Shown here one piece after another: positions 55,123-64,000 of a stretch of 64,000 nucleotides of DNA. A program made the translations under genes and the position numbers. Position 1 is the stretch's first letter, and every line of letters begins with the position of its first letter. Origin of the DNA: an uncultured Acidimicrobiaceae bacterium (lineage in GTDB: Bacteria; Actinomycetota; Acidimicrobiia; Acidimicrobiales; RAAP-2). The notes under the pieces were generated by a model that had not been told where the DNA came from, did not search any database, and worked only from the letters and a program-made list of their open reading frames with translations. Where the stretch lies: assembly GCA_963764095.1 (NCBI GenBank), contig CAVXRB010000026.1, positions 74,302 to 138,301 on the forward strand, read 5' to 3'.

Positions 55123-55833
55123 ATGTTGCGTAAGTTCGCTATTTCGCTCCTTGCCGTGTCCGCCCTCGTGGCACCGGCGCTCGCAAGCGGCGCCCTCGCC
55201 TCGACACCGAATGCGAAGTCGATGCTCACGAAAGCTCTGAGCGATGCGGCGCACGAGTCGAGCATGACCGTGTCCGGTTTATTCAAGGAGTCGGGACAAT
55301 CGGAGGGCTTCGATGCGCAATACGACTCGGTCGCTGTAGGCGGCTCCATAACGGTCGGTGGCGCCGGAACCGCGGATATTGAGGCTCCTAACAGTGGGAG
55401 TTACGTCGATGTCAAAGGTTCATCGCTCATCATCTTGAACAAGGTCTTCGAAGTGAAGTCACCGACGTCCGCCGAGATCGGCGTTTGGTACAAAGTGACG
55501 AAAGCAGATCCCCGCTTCGACTACATCGATGAGCCGGGCGGCGCCACCACCATCGCCCAGACGTTCTCGTACAGCGCCGTCGGATGGAGCCGTGCGACGA
55601 CGTACGACGGCACCACGACGCTCAAAGGCGTGCGCGTCAACAAGATGAGCGCGGCCTCGAATTTCTGGGTAGAAAAAGGTTTTGGCAAATTGGTCCTGTA
55701 CGTCACGGACAACGCTCATCCACTGCCGTTCGCCATGTCCGGTCCACCCGGCTCGAGTGGCCTGTGCTACTTCAGTAAGTGGGGATCAACCGAGGTGCCG
55801 GTGCTTACGACCACCGCCAGCCTACCGCAGTAA
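55123..55833 (+). CDS. secreted protein, possibly LppX/LolA-like fold
   Basis: Signal peptide MLRKFAISLLAVSALVAPALA; beta-rich body ending YFSKWG...P. Confidence 0.6.
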   Translation: MLRKFAISLLAVSALVAPALASGALASTPNAKSMLTKALSDAAHESSMTVSGLFKESGQSEGFDAQYDSVAVGGSITVGGAGTADIEAPNSGSYVDVKGSSLIILNKVFEVKSPTSAEIGVWYKVTKADPRFDYIDEPGGATTIAQTFSYSAVGWSRATTYDGTTTLKGVRVNKMSAASNFWVEKGFGKLVLYVTDNAHPLPFAMSGPPGSSGLCYFSKWGSTEVPVLTTTASLPQ

Positions 55834-55879
55834 ACCAAAGGCGGCCCGGCCGTCTCGACGTCGTCCCTCAAGATTCGTT

Positions 55880-56233
55880 CTACTTCGGGAATGCCTGCGA
55901 CATTCGCACTTCGATGAGCTTTCTGACCAACTCTTTCGGCAGTGGTTCATCGATTGGAAAGTGAAGCGCGCCCTTCGTCTTGGTGTAGGCGGCCAACTCG
56001 GCTTCTAATTCCGGGAAGACCGAGCCGCTGTGCGGCAGGTAGCTGAGATGATTCTTGAACGCGGCGAATCCGGCGACCACTTTCCCGTCCTGGCTGAAGG
56101 ACGGAACCGTATAAGAGAGACCTTGCTCGGCGTCGGGAATTATCTCGAGGATCGTTTCGCGAAGCTTCCGAAGCGTCGCGCGCTTCGGGTCGTCATTCTG
56201 GTCAATGTACGCAGTGATCTCGTCGCGAGACAT
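55880..56233 (-). CDS. DUF1801/YdhG-like protein
   Basis: ITAYI...LRETILEIIPDAEQGLSY.VP.F...FAAFKNHLS...KG.LHFP...LP.ELVRKLI. Confidence 0.85.
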   Translation of the reverse strand: MSRDEITAYIDQNDDPKRATLRKLRETILEIIPDAEQGLSYTVPSFSQDGKVVAGFAAFKNHLSYLPHSGSVFPELEAELAAYTKTKGALHFPIDEPLPKELVRKLIEVRMSQAFPK

Positions 56234-56361
56234 GCGCCCATTATTGATTGATAATCTCCGCCGGTCAAGGTCGAACGCTGCATATGGTTGAATCATTCGG
56301 GCGCGTAGCGGATGCCCTTCTCCCTGTTGAAACGAAAGGTCTGCATCAGTACTATTCCCCC

Positions 56362-56784
56362 ATGAACAGTGATGTCGTACCGATGATGTCGTACCGCAAT
56401 GGCGTGGAGGCACTCGACTGGCTCGTTACAGCGTTTGGGTTCACCGAGCACGTCCGGATGGTCACCGACGAAGGAAGACTCGAACACGCCGAACTCGGAG
56501 CGGGATCAGGGACCATCATGCTCGCCACGCCCAGTCCTGACTATGAGGGACCGGCGCTACATCGCAGCCACTGTGAGTCCTCCGCTCGCTGGCAGGAGGT
56601 TCCCTCTCTCGTTGACGGCTTGCTTGTTCTCGTCGACGACGTTGACGCGCACTTCGAAATGGCGACCGAGCATGGATCGACCATTCTCAGCGGCGTCGAA
56701 TTGACCGAACACGGGAAGCGGTACCGCGCCGAAGATTTGGAGGGGCATCGCTGGATGTTTGTCGAGCGAGGATCCATCTCCTAG
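56362..56784 (+). CDS. VOC/glyoxalase family protein
   Basis: ALDWLVTAFGF..HAEL; VDDVDAHFE.A...G; YRAEDLEGHRW. Confidence 0.88.
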   Translation: MNSDVVPMMSYRNGVEALDWLVTAFGFTEHVRMVTDEGRLEHAELGAGSGTIMLATPSPDYEGPALHRSHCESSARWQEVPSLVDGLLVLVDDVDAHFEMATEHGSTILSGVELTEHGKRYRAEDLEGHRWMFVERGSIS

Positions 56785-56822
56785 GTTCTTCGGCGAATCG
56801 ATGTCGGACATAACGTGGCGAT

Positions 56823-57204
56823 ATGAAATATCCACGACTGAATTTTGTCTTGCTTGACTGTCCCGACCCGCTCGAACTGGCGACGTTCTACTCGGCCTTC
56901 ACTGGCATTGCGATAGAGACTCGGCCCGGTTACGCCCCGGATGCGCCAGACTTCGACTTGATGCATGACTTCTTTCCGACTTTGTGTTTTCAGAGAGTGG
57001 AGAACTATGTGGCACGCACCTGGCCCGAAGGGAACACCCCGAAACAGATGCATCTCGACTTTGAAGTTGACGACCTTGATGAGGGAGAACGCCATGTCCT
57101 CAGCATCGGTGCACGAAAAGCTCGATTATCAACCCGGCGAGCATTTCAGAGTCTTCCTGGACCCGGTAGGTCACCCGTTCTGTCTGATTGCGAAGAGTGG
57201 ATAG
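56823..57204 (+). CDS. VOC/glyoxalase family protein (3' frameshift)
   Basis: LDCPDPLELATFY; QMHLDF.VDDLD; C-terminus FRVFLDPVGHPFCL in the next frame. Confidence 0.85.
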
Positions 57205-57221
57205 TCGGCGTTCGGGCGTGT

Positions 57222-57710
57222 TCACGCGCTTTCGGGATCAGTTCTGCCAGCATTGAGAGTCTTGGCAAAGTTCCAGGCAGTCGGCTGATCGATTAGAAGA
57301 CGGATCTGTCGATCCTCATCAATCTCTAGGGTGATCACGCTCCAGTTGACATGTGTGCTTCGTTCCAGCTGCATCGCTCGGACTCTTTCACGTTCGATTG
57401 AGCCGAGGAAACGTCGCGGTAGGCAAACGCGAAATCTCCAAACGAGAAGTCGCTCTTCGGTGATGCAAACCGACATGTGACGTGAGATGGGGAAAGGAAC
57501 ATCGGCGAACCGACCTCGGGTTGCCCGCAATCGGAAGTGATTCCGGACTTCGTCGTACAAACTGACGAATACAACAACTGAGAAGAACGAGGTGGCCGCC
57601 GTACGCTTCTTGGGGACTCTCAACTCTGTAACTGACAAGAGACTCTCAGTCAGGGAAAGTTGAGCGCGAATGACATCGTCGAAACCTCTGAGAGAGTCCA
57701 TCGAGTTCAT
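57222..57710 (-). CDS. hypothetical protein (possible PH-like beta domain)
   Basis: 162-aa ORF; VCITEERLLVW resembles the 'vTd.Rl' strand of bacterial PH domains. Confidence 0.5.
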   Translation of the reverse strand: MNSMDSLRGFDDVIRAQLSLTESLLSVTELRVPKKRTAATSFFSVVVFVSLYDEVRNHFRLRATRGRFADVPFPISRHMSVCITEERLLVWRFRVCLPRRFLGSIERERVRAMQLERSTHVNWSVITLEIDEDRQIRLLIDQPTAWNFAKTLNAGRTDPESA

Positions 57711-57799
57711 TATGCAGTGTTTGATGCCGGGCCGACTTACTGGACCGGAGAATCCGCGCTTGGAGTGGATGGAAAGTGTGCTCTAAGTAGCATTGCCGA

Positions 57800-58219
57800 A
57801 TGAGCAATCCAACCTCTCCATCTCCAGTTATTGAAACATTCATCAGCAAGTTCAAGGACTTCCTTCCAGAAGACGAGAAGGCCAAGCTGCTGACGCACGA
57901 ATCGGCCATCGCTGCAACGAACTCTGAAGGCGACGAATCTCGAGCACTGCGATGCGCGATTTGGGCCATGAAGTCGGCGAGCAATAAATCCGACACCGAT
58001 CCCAAGTGGAAGGAAATCAAGGAAGTTCACAAAATATGGAGGGACACGTTCTTCGACGCTGAGTGGGGACTTGTAACTCGCCATTCGAGCATCGGAGACG
58101 ACATCAGGACCGGATGGATTGAAAACGCGACAGACGTGATTCGTTACTCGGGTGAGGACGACGGCTGGGAGAATTCTCAATGGGAGAATCTGTTGCTGGA
58201 GCTAATCGAAGTGCAGTAG
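57800..58219 (+). CDS. hypothetical helical protein
   Basis: 139-aa ORF preceded by TAGCAT-N6-ATG. Confidence 0.7.
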   Translation: MSNPTSPSPVIETFISKFKDFLPEDEKAKLLTHESAIAATNSEGDESRALRCAIWAMKSASNKSDTDPKWKEIKEVHKIWRDTFFDAEWGLVTRHSSIGDDIRTGWIENATDVIRYSGEDDGWENSQWENLLLELIEVQ

Positions 58220-58282
58220 GTCCTTCATCAGCAATCTTGAAAATCTATTTTTGTATTTTGTAATCCAGACGTCGTTATCGGC

Positions 58283-58954
58283 TTATTGGATCTTGGGATG
58301 CCTTAACGAGATGGAAACCATGGACGCCGTGACCGCAATGCCGAGGCTTGATAGTGCCACCACGTAGAAGCCGATCCCGAGAATTGACGTGATGCTGAGC
58401 GAAGGGCTGCCTGGTTGGAGGGCGACGGCGTCGGAGTAGAGATTGTTAAATAAGAAATAGACCCAGAGGACCGAAGCGATCAATCCGTAACTTGCCCATT
58501 GAACGACACGAGCAAGCTTCGTATTCGCAGCGCTCAGTTTCATCATTGAAGCGAAAGCAACTAATGCTATTAGCGCAAAGAATACAAACAGTAACTCCGG
58601 CGACTTAGCCGATTGGTTGCCAATCATCTGAGGAGCCTTCGCGAAGTCCTGCCAGAACGCCCATCCCCAAGAATGACTTTGCTCTTTCGGAAATAGTGGG
58701 CCAAGATTCGCTGATCTGTAGAGCGGAAGGAAGATTCCAACTAACTCGAAAAGAAAAAACAGTTCCAACGCGAGGGCAACGGAAGCATTCAAGCGACTGG
58801 AGCTCTTTGTTGTGAGCTCGATATCGAACGAGGTGTTTCCAGTTAGTTGTTCGCTGGCACGTACCTCCCTTATTCCCAAGATTGTGAAGAGAATCAGCAC
58901 GATGAGCGATGCCGAAAGCAGTATGTTCAGCAATCCGTGGGGGAGATTTCCCAT
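58283..58954 (-). CDS. hypothetical multi-TM membrane protein
   Basis: About 5 hydrophobic segments; AT-richer codon usage. Confidence 0.6.
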   Translation of the reverse strand: MGNLPHGLLNILLSASLIVLILFTILGIREVRASEQLTGNTSFDIELTTKSSSRLNASVALALELFFLFELVGIFLPLYRSANLGPLFPKEQSHSWGWAFWQDFAKAPQMIGNQSAKSPELLFVFFALIALVAFASMMKLSAANTKLARVVQWASYGLIASVLWVYFLFNNLYSDAVALQPGSPSLSITSILGIGFYVVALSSLGIAVTASMVSISLRHPKIQ

Positions 58955-59059
58955 GATTGGATTAAGTTACTCTGCGTGCCGACGACCTACACAATCTAAT
59001 GGTGTGCGAATTTGCGGTTGGCGGGCCAATGAAATTGGGCGGCGCCAATAGTCGGGTTA

Positions 59060-59551
59060 CTACGTGCAGAGTGTGTCAAGTCGCGCGAGCGTTGTCGTCA
59101 TGCTCTCGATCCAAGAATCTCCATTTTCAATCGCTTCGCGCAACTCTTCAGATGCCGATGAACAGTCAAAAATCTCAGTAACGAACGTGGCGTCTGCCCC
59201 ATCGGGATTAAGTCGAAAAATCCACTTGTGTCCCGCCGGAACTCCGATGGGGTACTTGCCATCTTCAGACGCGGCAGCGTCACCGGGAGCCGGTTCCCAT
59301 CCGATACAACGATTTACTTCATACTCGACCACATAGTTCATCATGACGTAGTCTCCGACTTCATCCATGAACATTTTCATGGAGAAGACGTCGCCGACGC
59401 CTGTGATCATCTCATTGGAGACTGCGCCCCGAAGCATTCCGGAACCGTCGAGGTCCGTGTGACGTTGCGGATTGGCGAGGATATCGAAGATGCGATCTGC
59501 CGGCGCTTCAATTCTCCTTGACACTTCTGCCCTGAATTGATCAACGTTCAT
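59060..59551 (-). CDS. SRPBCC/polyketide cyclase-like protein
   Basis: VSRRIEAPADRIFDILANPQRH.DLDGSG; GDVFSMKM; IGW; W.F.L...T.VTE.FD. Confidence 0.85.
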   Translation of the reverse strand: MNVDQFRAEVSRRIEAPADRIFDILANPQRHTDLDGSGMLRGAVSNEMITGVGDVFSMKMFMDEVGDYVMMNYVVEYEVNRCIGWEPAPGDAAASEDGKYPIGVPAGHKWIFRLNPDGADATFVTEIFDCSSASEELREAIENGDSWIESMTTTLARLDTLCT

Positions 59552-59788
59552 AGTCTCTGATCTCCTTGTCCGCGATTGACGGTTCTACTTATGAGACTGG
59601 ATCACAACCGGCAACCAATCGCAGGAATCGTATAGCGCCGCAATCATTTCTCAATTTATTTGGAGTTCTCACCGATCTTCACCTTTAGAGGCCCGACACG
59701 ACAGATCTGCGACCACGCATTGGCGCCTTTGCCCGAGACGAGACCTCGCGCAACCGCGGGGCGATTTGAAGCTTCCGCCGCAATATAC

Positions 59789-60169
59789 TCAGTTGGTGAT
59801 TGGCGACAGATGAAGCCGGTCTGCAATCGCCGTAATGTCCACTTCTGCTGAGCTGGCAATATCCCAAACAAGCTGATAAGCATCATCATCCTTGAGATCG
59901 GGCGAAAAACCATTCAGGTCACAGAAGACGACCGTGCTGAGCCACGCAAGTCTTTTATTTCCATCGACCAGTGCGTGGTTCTTGGTCATCGAATGGAGCA
60001 GCGCCGCCGCCTTGAGACCTAACGTTTCGTACGCGTCCTCACCAAACGCGCTCGACCGGGGTCTATTCACAGCTGAATCCAAGAGACCGATATCACGGAT
60101 GGGGCCAACGCCTAGCGTGCGAATAATCTCAACGATGTCCTCAATTTCTAGGTACTCGAATTCGATCAT
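59789..60169 (-). CDS. Fic/Doc family toxin
   Basis: RDIGLLDSAVNRP; KAAALLHS; NHALVDGNKRLAW (Doc motif). Confidence 0.93.
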   Translation of the reverse strand: MIEFEYLEIEDIVEIIRTLGVGPIRDIGLLDSAVNRPRSSAFGEDAYETLGLKAAALLHSMTKNHALVDGNKRLAWLSTVVFCDLNGFSPDLKDDDAYQLVWDIASSAEVDITAIADRLHLSPITN

Positions 60170-60372
60170 TCAGCGCCGAGACGCTCCAGCACATCGGCCC
60201 ACCGAACTGCCATTCGTCGCGTCGCGTCGCTGACTCGAGCGTCGTGGCCCGACCGCTCGTATCGTTCGAGAACTGCACGTCGAATGATTTCTTGACGCGA
60301 GATGCCTTCAACTCGCGAAAGGGAATCAAGTGCCTCCTCGAGCGCGGCGTCGGTTCGAACCGTAAATGCCAT
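60166..60372 (-). CDS. ribbon-helix-helix (CopG) antitoxin
   Basis: MAFTVRTD...L..L...EGISRQEIIRRAV; ATGA overlap with doc. Confidence 0.88.
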   Translation of the reverse strand: MAFTVRTDAALEEALDSLSRVEGISRQEIIRRAVLERYERSGHDARVSDATRRMAVRWADVLERLGAE

Positions 60373-60379
60373 GGTTTCA

Positions 60380-60398
60380 TGATACCACTTCGGTATCA
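60380..60398. promoter_or_regulatory. putative RHH antitoxin operator overlapping the -10 element
   Basis: Perfect inverted repeat TGATACC-ACTTC-GGTATCA overlapping TATCAT, 6 nt before the ATG. Confidence 0.7.
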
Positions 60399-60492
60399 CA
60401 TAAGTGTCGGAGGGCCGACGCCAACATTCTCCGACTGGCAAGTCAAATCTGGATCTCAGCTAAGTGAGTCCGAAACTTACGGCTAAGCAGCG

Positions 60493-60816
60493 TCAAGCTG
60501 AATTAGTCACGAGTGCACGGTGAATCTGCGGGCGAACTCGCATCAGATAGTAAACGGCCACGAGCAGGCTTAAAAAGTCACCGAATAGGAACAATGCAAC
60601 CATCCACCCAATCCACTTTCCTTTGGACCGTCCGTTCGCAGTGAATGTTCCGCTCGGCGTGCCTACAGCGTTGCCGATTGCCCAGGCGGGGATGATGACA
60701 GCGACCGCAATTAATGCTAGAGCGAGAAGAGTTGGAGTGGATTGCCCATGAAGCAACGTGACATGAAACCAAAGGATTCGAAGTGCGATGGTTGAGTCAG
60801 CAATTACTGCCATCAT
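60493..60816 (-). CDS. hypothetical membrane protein (DUF2516-like)
   Basis: WAIGNAV..P...F.A.GRSK.KW...VYYL.RVRP. Confidence 0.6.
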   Translation of the reverse strand: MMAVIADSTIALRILWFHVTLLHGQSTPTLLALALIAVAVIIPAWAIGNAVGTPSGTFTANGRSKGKWIGWMVALFLFGDFLSLLVAVYYLMRVRPQIHRALVTNSA

Positions 60817-61082
60817 CGCGCCTTTCCGATGCGGAAATTCAAGTCAGTGAGTTTTAGACTCAATAACGACCGTAATGGGGCAACGAATTCACGGGCATCA
60901 GGGCACTTCGTCATTTCCCGTCGGATCCGAACTTCCGTTAGACACGTTTGAGCGGTTTCAGTTCGCGGTGCGTCGGGTCTCCACCACCTGCCACCCTTAG
61001 TGCAGTTGAGGCCTTCGCGCTCGATGATCTCTTCGACGCTCCGCGCTGATCTCTTCAAGGTTGGGAACGCTGGTTCATTCAT
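60813..61082 (-). CDS. hypothetical protein
   Basis: 89-aa ORF between the PIN-like gene and the membrane gene with tight spacing; no motif. Confidence 0.3.
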   Translation of the reverse strand: MNEPAFPTLKRSARSVEEIIEREGLNCTKGGRWWRPDAPRTETAQTCLTEVRIRREMTKCPDAREFVAPLRSLLSLKLTDLNFRIGKAR

Positions 61083-61088
61083 TTCATT

Positions 61089-61514
61089 TCAATTTACTTC
61101 GACGACTTCCCACGCGAGATGTTCAGCGTCCAGCACAGCCGGCAATATGCCGTCGGCCGCTTCCCGCGAGAGCCAAAGCGTGGCCTCGAGCGCGTGCACC
61201 GCAGCCACGGCCTCAAGGTTGAGAAGATTTAACTTAGGGTGGCGCCCAGCAACCTCAACCATGATCGGTACCAGTTGTCGCGTGTCGGGTAGACCGATGT
61301 CCTCTGGCAGCTGAAGCATCGACCTGATTGCCCGTTCCTGTTCAAGAGTCTGCAATTCGCGGAACGGTCCCGAGAGGTGGCCGCCGGCGCCAAGTACGGC
61401 CGCTCGGCACGCGCGATAGTACGAGTAGGCGGTGGTGTGCAGAATCACATCCGGTCTGCGAGTGCCGACGAGAAGCTCCTCCACCAAAAGGCGGTCGTCG
61501 AGGACGACGTTCAC
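61089..61514 (-). CDS. divergent PIN-domain (VapC-like) toxin
   Basis: MNVVLDD N-terminal strand; LNLEAVAA..L.A.LW; coupled to an AbrB antitoxin. Confidence 0.7.
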   Translation of the reverse strand: MNVVLDDRLLVEELLVGTRRPDVILHTTAYSYYRACRAAVLGAGGHLSGPFRELQTLEQERAIRSMLQLPEDIGLPDTRQLVPIMVEVAGRHPKLNLLNLEAVAAVHALEATLWLSREAADGILPAVLDAEHLAWEVVEVN

Positions 61515-61756
61515 TATTGATCGGCGAGATCGGGGTCGTCGATTGCTGCTAGTCCGGCGTCATAGCGCGCAGTAAGCACGTTCTTCAGTTCAGCCTTGGC
61601 TCGTTCTATGCCTCCAGGTAGGACTAAGGCGGCGTCGCCAAGGTCGATGAAAGCGATCTCACCACCATCCTCGATGCCCCAGCGATGCCTGAGTTCTGCC
61701 GGAAGATTGGTTTGACCACGCTGCGACACTCGGGCTTGACTGACGGGAGTTGACAT
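61514..61756 (-). CDS. AbrB/MazE/SpoVT family antitoxin
   Basis: RVSQRGQTNLPAELRHRWGIEDGGEI.F. Confidence 0.88.
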   Translation of the reverse strand: MSTPVSQARVSQRGQTNLPAELRHRWGIEDGGEIAFIDLGDAALVLPGGIERAKAELKNVLTARYDAGLAAIDDPDLADQ

Positions 61757-61930
61757 GAGTGCATTGTATCGCGACAACTGTTACAAAGCGCATTGATGTC
61801 GGAGTCCGAAGAGAGATCGACAAACACATAAGTGGGTCCAAAGATGATCTCGCTGCGAAGGTTCGAGACTCTTTCGAACCGCGCCAGACAGCCACCAAGA
61901 GAGCTAAAGACCAACTATCCTTTGACTTTT

Positions 61931-63145
61931 CTATTTGATGTGAACGCCCGAGATCGCGCGAGCGATGATGAGTCGTTGGATCTCGGAAGTCCCTTCGAAG
62001 ATCGTGTAGATCTTCGAATCCCGGTGCCAACGTTCGACCGGGTAGTCGCGAATGTAGCCGTAGCCGCCCAGGATCTGGATCGCCTCTTCAGTGACCTTCA
62101 CCGCGGTTTCGCCGGCGTAGAGCTTGGACATCGAACCCTCGCCGTTGAGGAATGGCTTTCGCGTCGCTGCCATCCACGACGCGCGCCAAATGAGCAAGCG
62201 CGACGCGTCGATGTGCATCTTCATGTCGGCCAGTTTGAAGGCGATCGCCTGGTTGTCGATGATCGCACGTCCGAACTGCTTGCGCTCCTTGGCGTAGTCG
62301 AGTGAGAACTCGTACGCCGCGCGCGCGATGCCGAGCGCCTGGGCGCCGACGGCCGGTCGAGAGGCCTCGAAGGTCGCCATCGCGGCCTGGCTCTGGGAGC
62401 GCTTGCCCTCACGGGCCCGCGCGATCTTCTCGTCGAGCTTCTCCTTGCCGCCGAGGAGGCACGTGCCCGGAATCCGGCAGTCCTCCAACACCACTTCGCC
62501 GGTGTGGCTGGCGCGGATGCCCATCTTCTTGAACTTCTGGCCGAGGCGGATGCCCTTGGTGCCGTCGGGCACGATGAACGACGCCTGGCCGCGACTGCCG
62601 AGTTCCGGTTCGACGGAGGCGACGATGACGTGCAGGTTCGCGATGCCCCCGTTGGAGATCCAGGTCTTGGTGCCGTTGAGGACCCACTCGTCGTTCGCCT
62701 CGTCGTAGACGGCGCGGGTGCGCAGCGACGACACGTCACTGCCGGCGTCGGGCTCTGAGACGCCGAAGGCCGCCAGTTTGATGTCGTCGGGCGTCCCGTA
62801 ACACTGGGGCACCCACTCCATCACCTGTTCGGGCGTCCCGTTGGCGACGATCGCCGCGACGCCGAGCGACGTCGCCATGAGCGCCATCGTGAGACCGGCG
62901 TCGCCCCAGGCCAGCTCCTCGGTCGCGATCATCAACGAGAGTCCGGTCTTGTCGGTGAAGGCGTTCATCATGAAGTCCAGCGAGTAGATGCCGATCTTGG
63001 CGGCCTCTTGGATGAACTCCCACGGCGTCTCTTCGCGCTCGTCCCACTCGGCCGCGATCGGACGCATCTGGTTCACGGCAAATCCGTGGACCCACTCCTG
63101 CATCGTCTTTTGATCGTCGTTCAGTTCCATCGAGAATTCAGCCAT
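61931..63145 (-). CDS. acyl-CoA dehydrogenase
   Basis: SEPDAGSD; [10 protein letters not shown]; RKQFGRAI; [10 protein letters not shown]; [11 protein letters not shown]. Confidence 0.96.
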   Translation of the reverse strand: MAEFSMELNDDQKTMQEWVHGFAVNQMRPIAAEWDEREETPWEFIQEAAKIGIYSLDFMMNAFTDKTGLSLMIATEELAWGDAGLTMALMATSLGVAAIVANGTPEQVMEWVPQCYGTPDDIKLAAFGVSEPDAGSDVSSLRTRAVYDEANDEWVLNGTKTWISNGGIANLHVIVASVEPELGSRGQASFIVPDGTKGIRLGQKFKKMGIRASHTGEVVLEDCRIPGTCLLGGKEKLDEKIARAREGKRSQSQAAMATFEASRPAVGAQALGIARAAYEFSLDYAKERKQFGRAIIDNQAIAFKLADMKMHIDASRLLIWRASWMAATRKPFLNGEGSMSKLYAGETAVKVTEEAIQILGGYGYIRDYPVERWHRDSKIYTIFEGTSEIQRLIIARAISGVHIK

Positions 63146-63210
63146 GAGTGTCCTTCGAGTTCGTCCTCGTACCCACGAGTAACGCTCAAACTTTACGTGA
63201 GCGCAGACAC

Positions 63211-63244
63211 AAAAGAACAACCGCCGCCCGAAGGCGGCGGTTGT
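63211..63244 (-). terminator. intrinsic terminator after the cold-shock gene
   Basis: 12-bp stem ACAACCGCCGCC/GGCGGCGGTTGT with a UUCG loop, followed by UCUUUU on the minus strand. Confidence 0.88.
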
Positions 63245-63263
63245 CCACTACTAGATGATTTGG

Positions 63264-63464
63264 TTAGTTCAAGACGACGCGCTTGGCGAGTGGTCCTCGA
63301 TCGCCCGGCTCGATGTCAAACTCAACGGTCTGACCTTCGACGAGCGTCTTACGACCTTCTCCTTGAATCTCCGAGTAGTGCACAAAGACGTCGGGCTGGC
63401 CATCGACAGCGATGAATCCCCAACCCTTTTCGTCGTTGAACCACTTGACGGTTCCTACAGCCAC
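63264..63464 (-). CDS. cold-shock protein (CspA family)
   Basis: [15 protein letters not shown]...DVFVHYSEI; AAGGAGG RBS. Confidence 0.96.
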   Translation of the reverse strand: MAVGTVKWFNDEKGWGFIAVDGQPDVFVHYSEIQGEGRKTLVEGQTVEFDIEPGDRGPLAKRVVLN

Positions 63465-63576
63465 TGTGGGCCTCCTTGTTTCTTTTTGGGACCGATTTGC
63501 ACCGGTTCCGGAGGGAACCACAACGGCAACCTCAACTAACAAGCCTACCGGAGAACCGTAGGCCCACCAAATATTT

Positions 63577-64000
63577 CTAGGGGCGTCGTATCTGCGTGCC
63601 CGTCGACGCGTCCTCGACGACCCAACCCAATGTGACCAATTCGTTACGGAGACGATCGGCCTCGGCCCAGTCCTTCGTGTCACGCGCGGCGTCACGCCGT
63701 GTCACCAGGTCAGCACTGTGAGTATCGACTGCATCCTCTCGGGAGTGCAGTGCGAGCCCCAGGGCGCCGAAGAGCGCGTTTATCGCCTCAGCGCGATTTT
63801 GCGCGCCTTCGACGTCTCCCGCGTCAGCCGACGTATTGGCGGCGGCCAGCGCGTCAAAGAGCAGCGCGACCGCGAGCGGCGTCTTCAGGTCGTCGTCGAG
63901 AACGGCGCTGACCTCGTCGAAGAGCGCCTCGGCGTCACCGACGAATCGGTGATCGGTCGCGACTTCGAGCGTCGCGCCGGCGAGAGCCGGCAGCTCGAAT
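63577..64000 (-). CDS. cysS: cysteine--tRNA ligase, 3' part (not in ORF track)
   Basis: Manual translation ...[16 protein letters not shown] (DALR domain)...[40 protein letters not shown]. Confidence 0.9.
   Translation of the reverse strand, partial: FELPALAGATLEVATDHRFVGDAEALFDEVSAVLDDDLKTPLAVALLFDALAAANTSADAGDVEGAQNRAEAINALFGALGLALHSREDAVDTHSADLVTRRDAARDTKDWAEADRLRNELVTLGWVVEDASTGTQIRRP

Noticed and set aside
61860-61886. GGTTCGAGA...TCGAACC-GCGCCA at the accessory tract edge as a tRNA 3' end or att site
   Set aside because: T-stem does not pair as in tRNA; better explained as a simple hairpin; no matching repeat seen at the other edge
53750-61930. Integron cassette array
   Set aside because: No recurring RYYYAAC...GTTRRRY attC structure, mixed gene orientation and no intI

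Overview
High-GC actinobacterial chromosomal segment. Gene content and order (whiB1-pdtaS, DUF3107, MSMEG_4193/DUF3090/SCO1664, mycofactocin, ccm) suggest Acidimicrobiia; this is an inference. Many clearly essential genes (argS, acnA, ccmA/B/E/F, gmd) carry several 1-nt frameshifts, concentrated at about 13.5-22.5 kb and 46-53 kb. This pattern points to long-read or low-coverage sequencing error rather than pseudogenisation, so coordinates of those genes are approximate. Main contents: a cobalamin riboswitch upstream of a BtuF-like gene; a mycofactocin RiPP-cofactor locus (mftA-B-C-D-SDR with divergent mftF; the 34-aa MftA precursor is absent from the ORF track; no mftE/mftG/mftR in the window); a PadR-controlled ABC exporter; a nicotinoprotein-type Zn alcohol dehydrogenase; housekeeping genes; a stand-alone FrhB/F420-oxidoreductase beta-like gene in front of the MSMEG_4193-DUF3090-SCO1664 triad; etfBA; whiB1/pdtaS; mrp with a divergent SufR-like regulator; a complete System I cytochrome c maturation operon (ccmA-H plus TPR) behind gmd; a lower-GC accessory tract (about 53.8-61.9 kb) of small genes with two toxin-antitoxin pairs; an acyl-CoA dehydrogenase; a cold-shock protein; and the 3' end of cysS. 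No tRNA, rRNA, CRISPR array, integrase or transposase was recognised. I cannot claim a definitively new system. The best candidates are the orphan FrhB-like locus, the MftE-less mycofactocin locus and the accessory tract.
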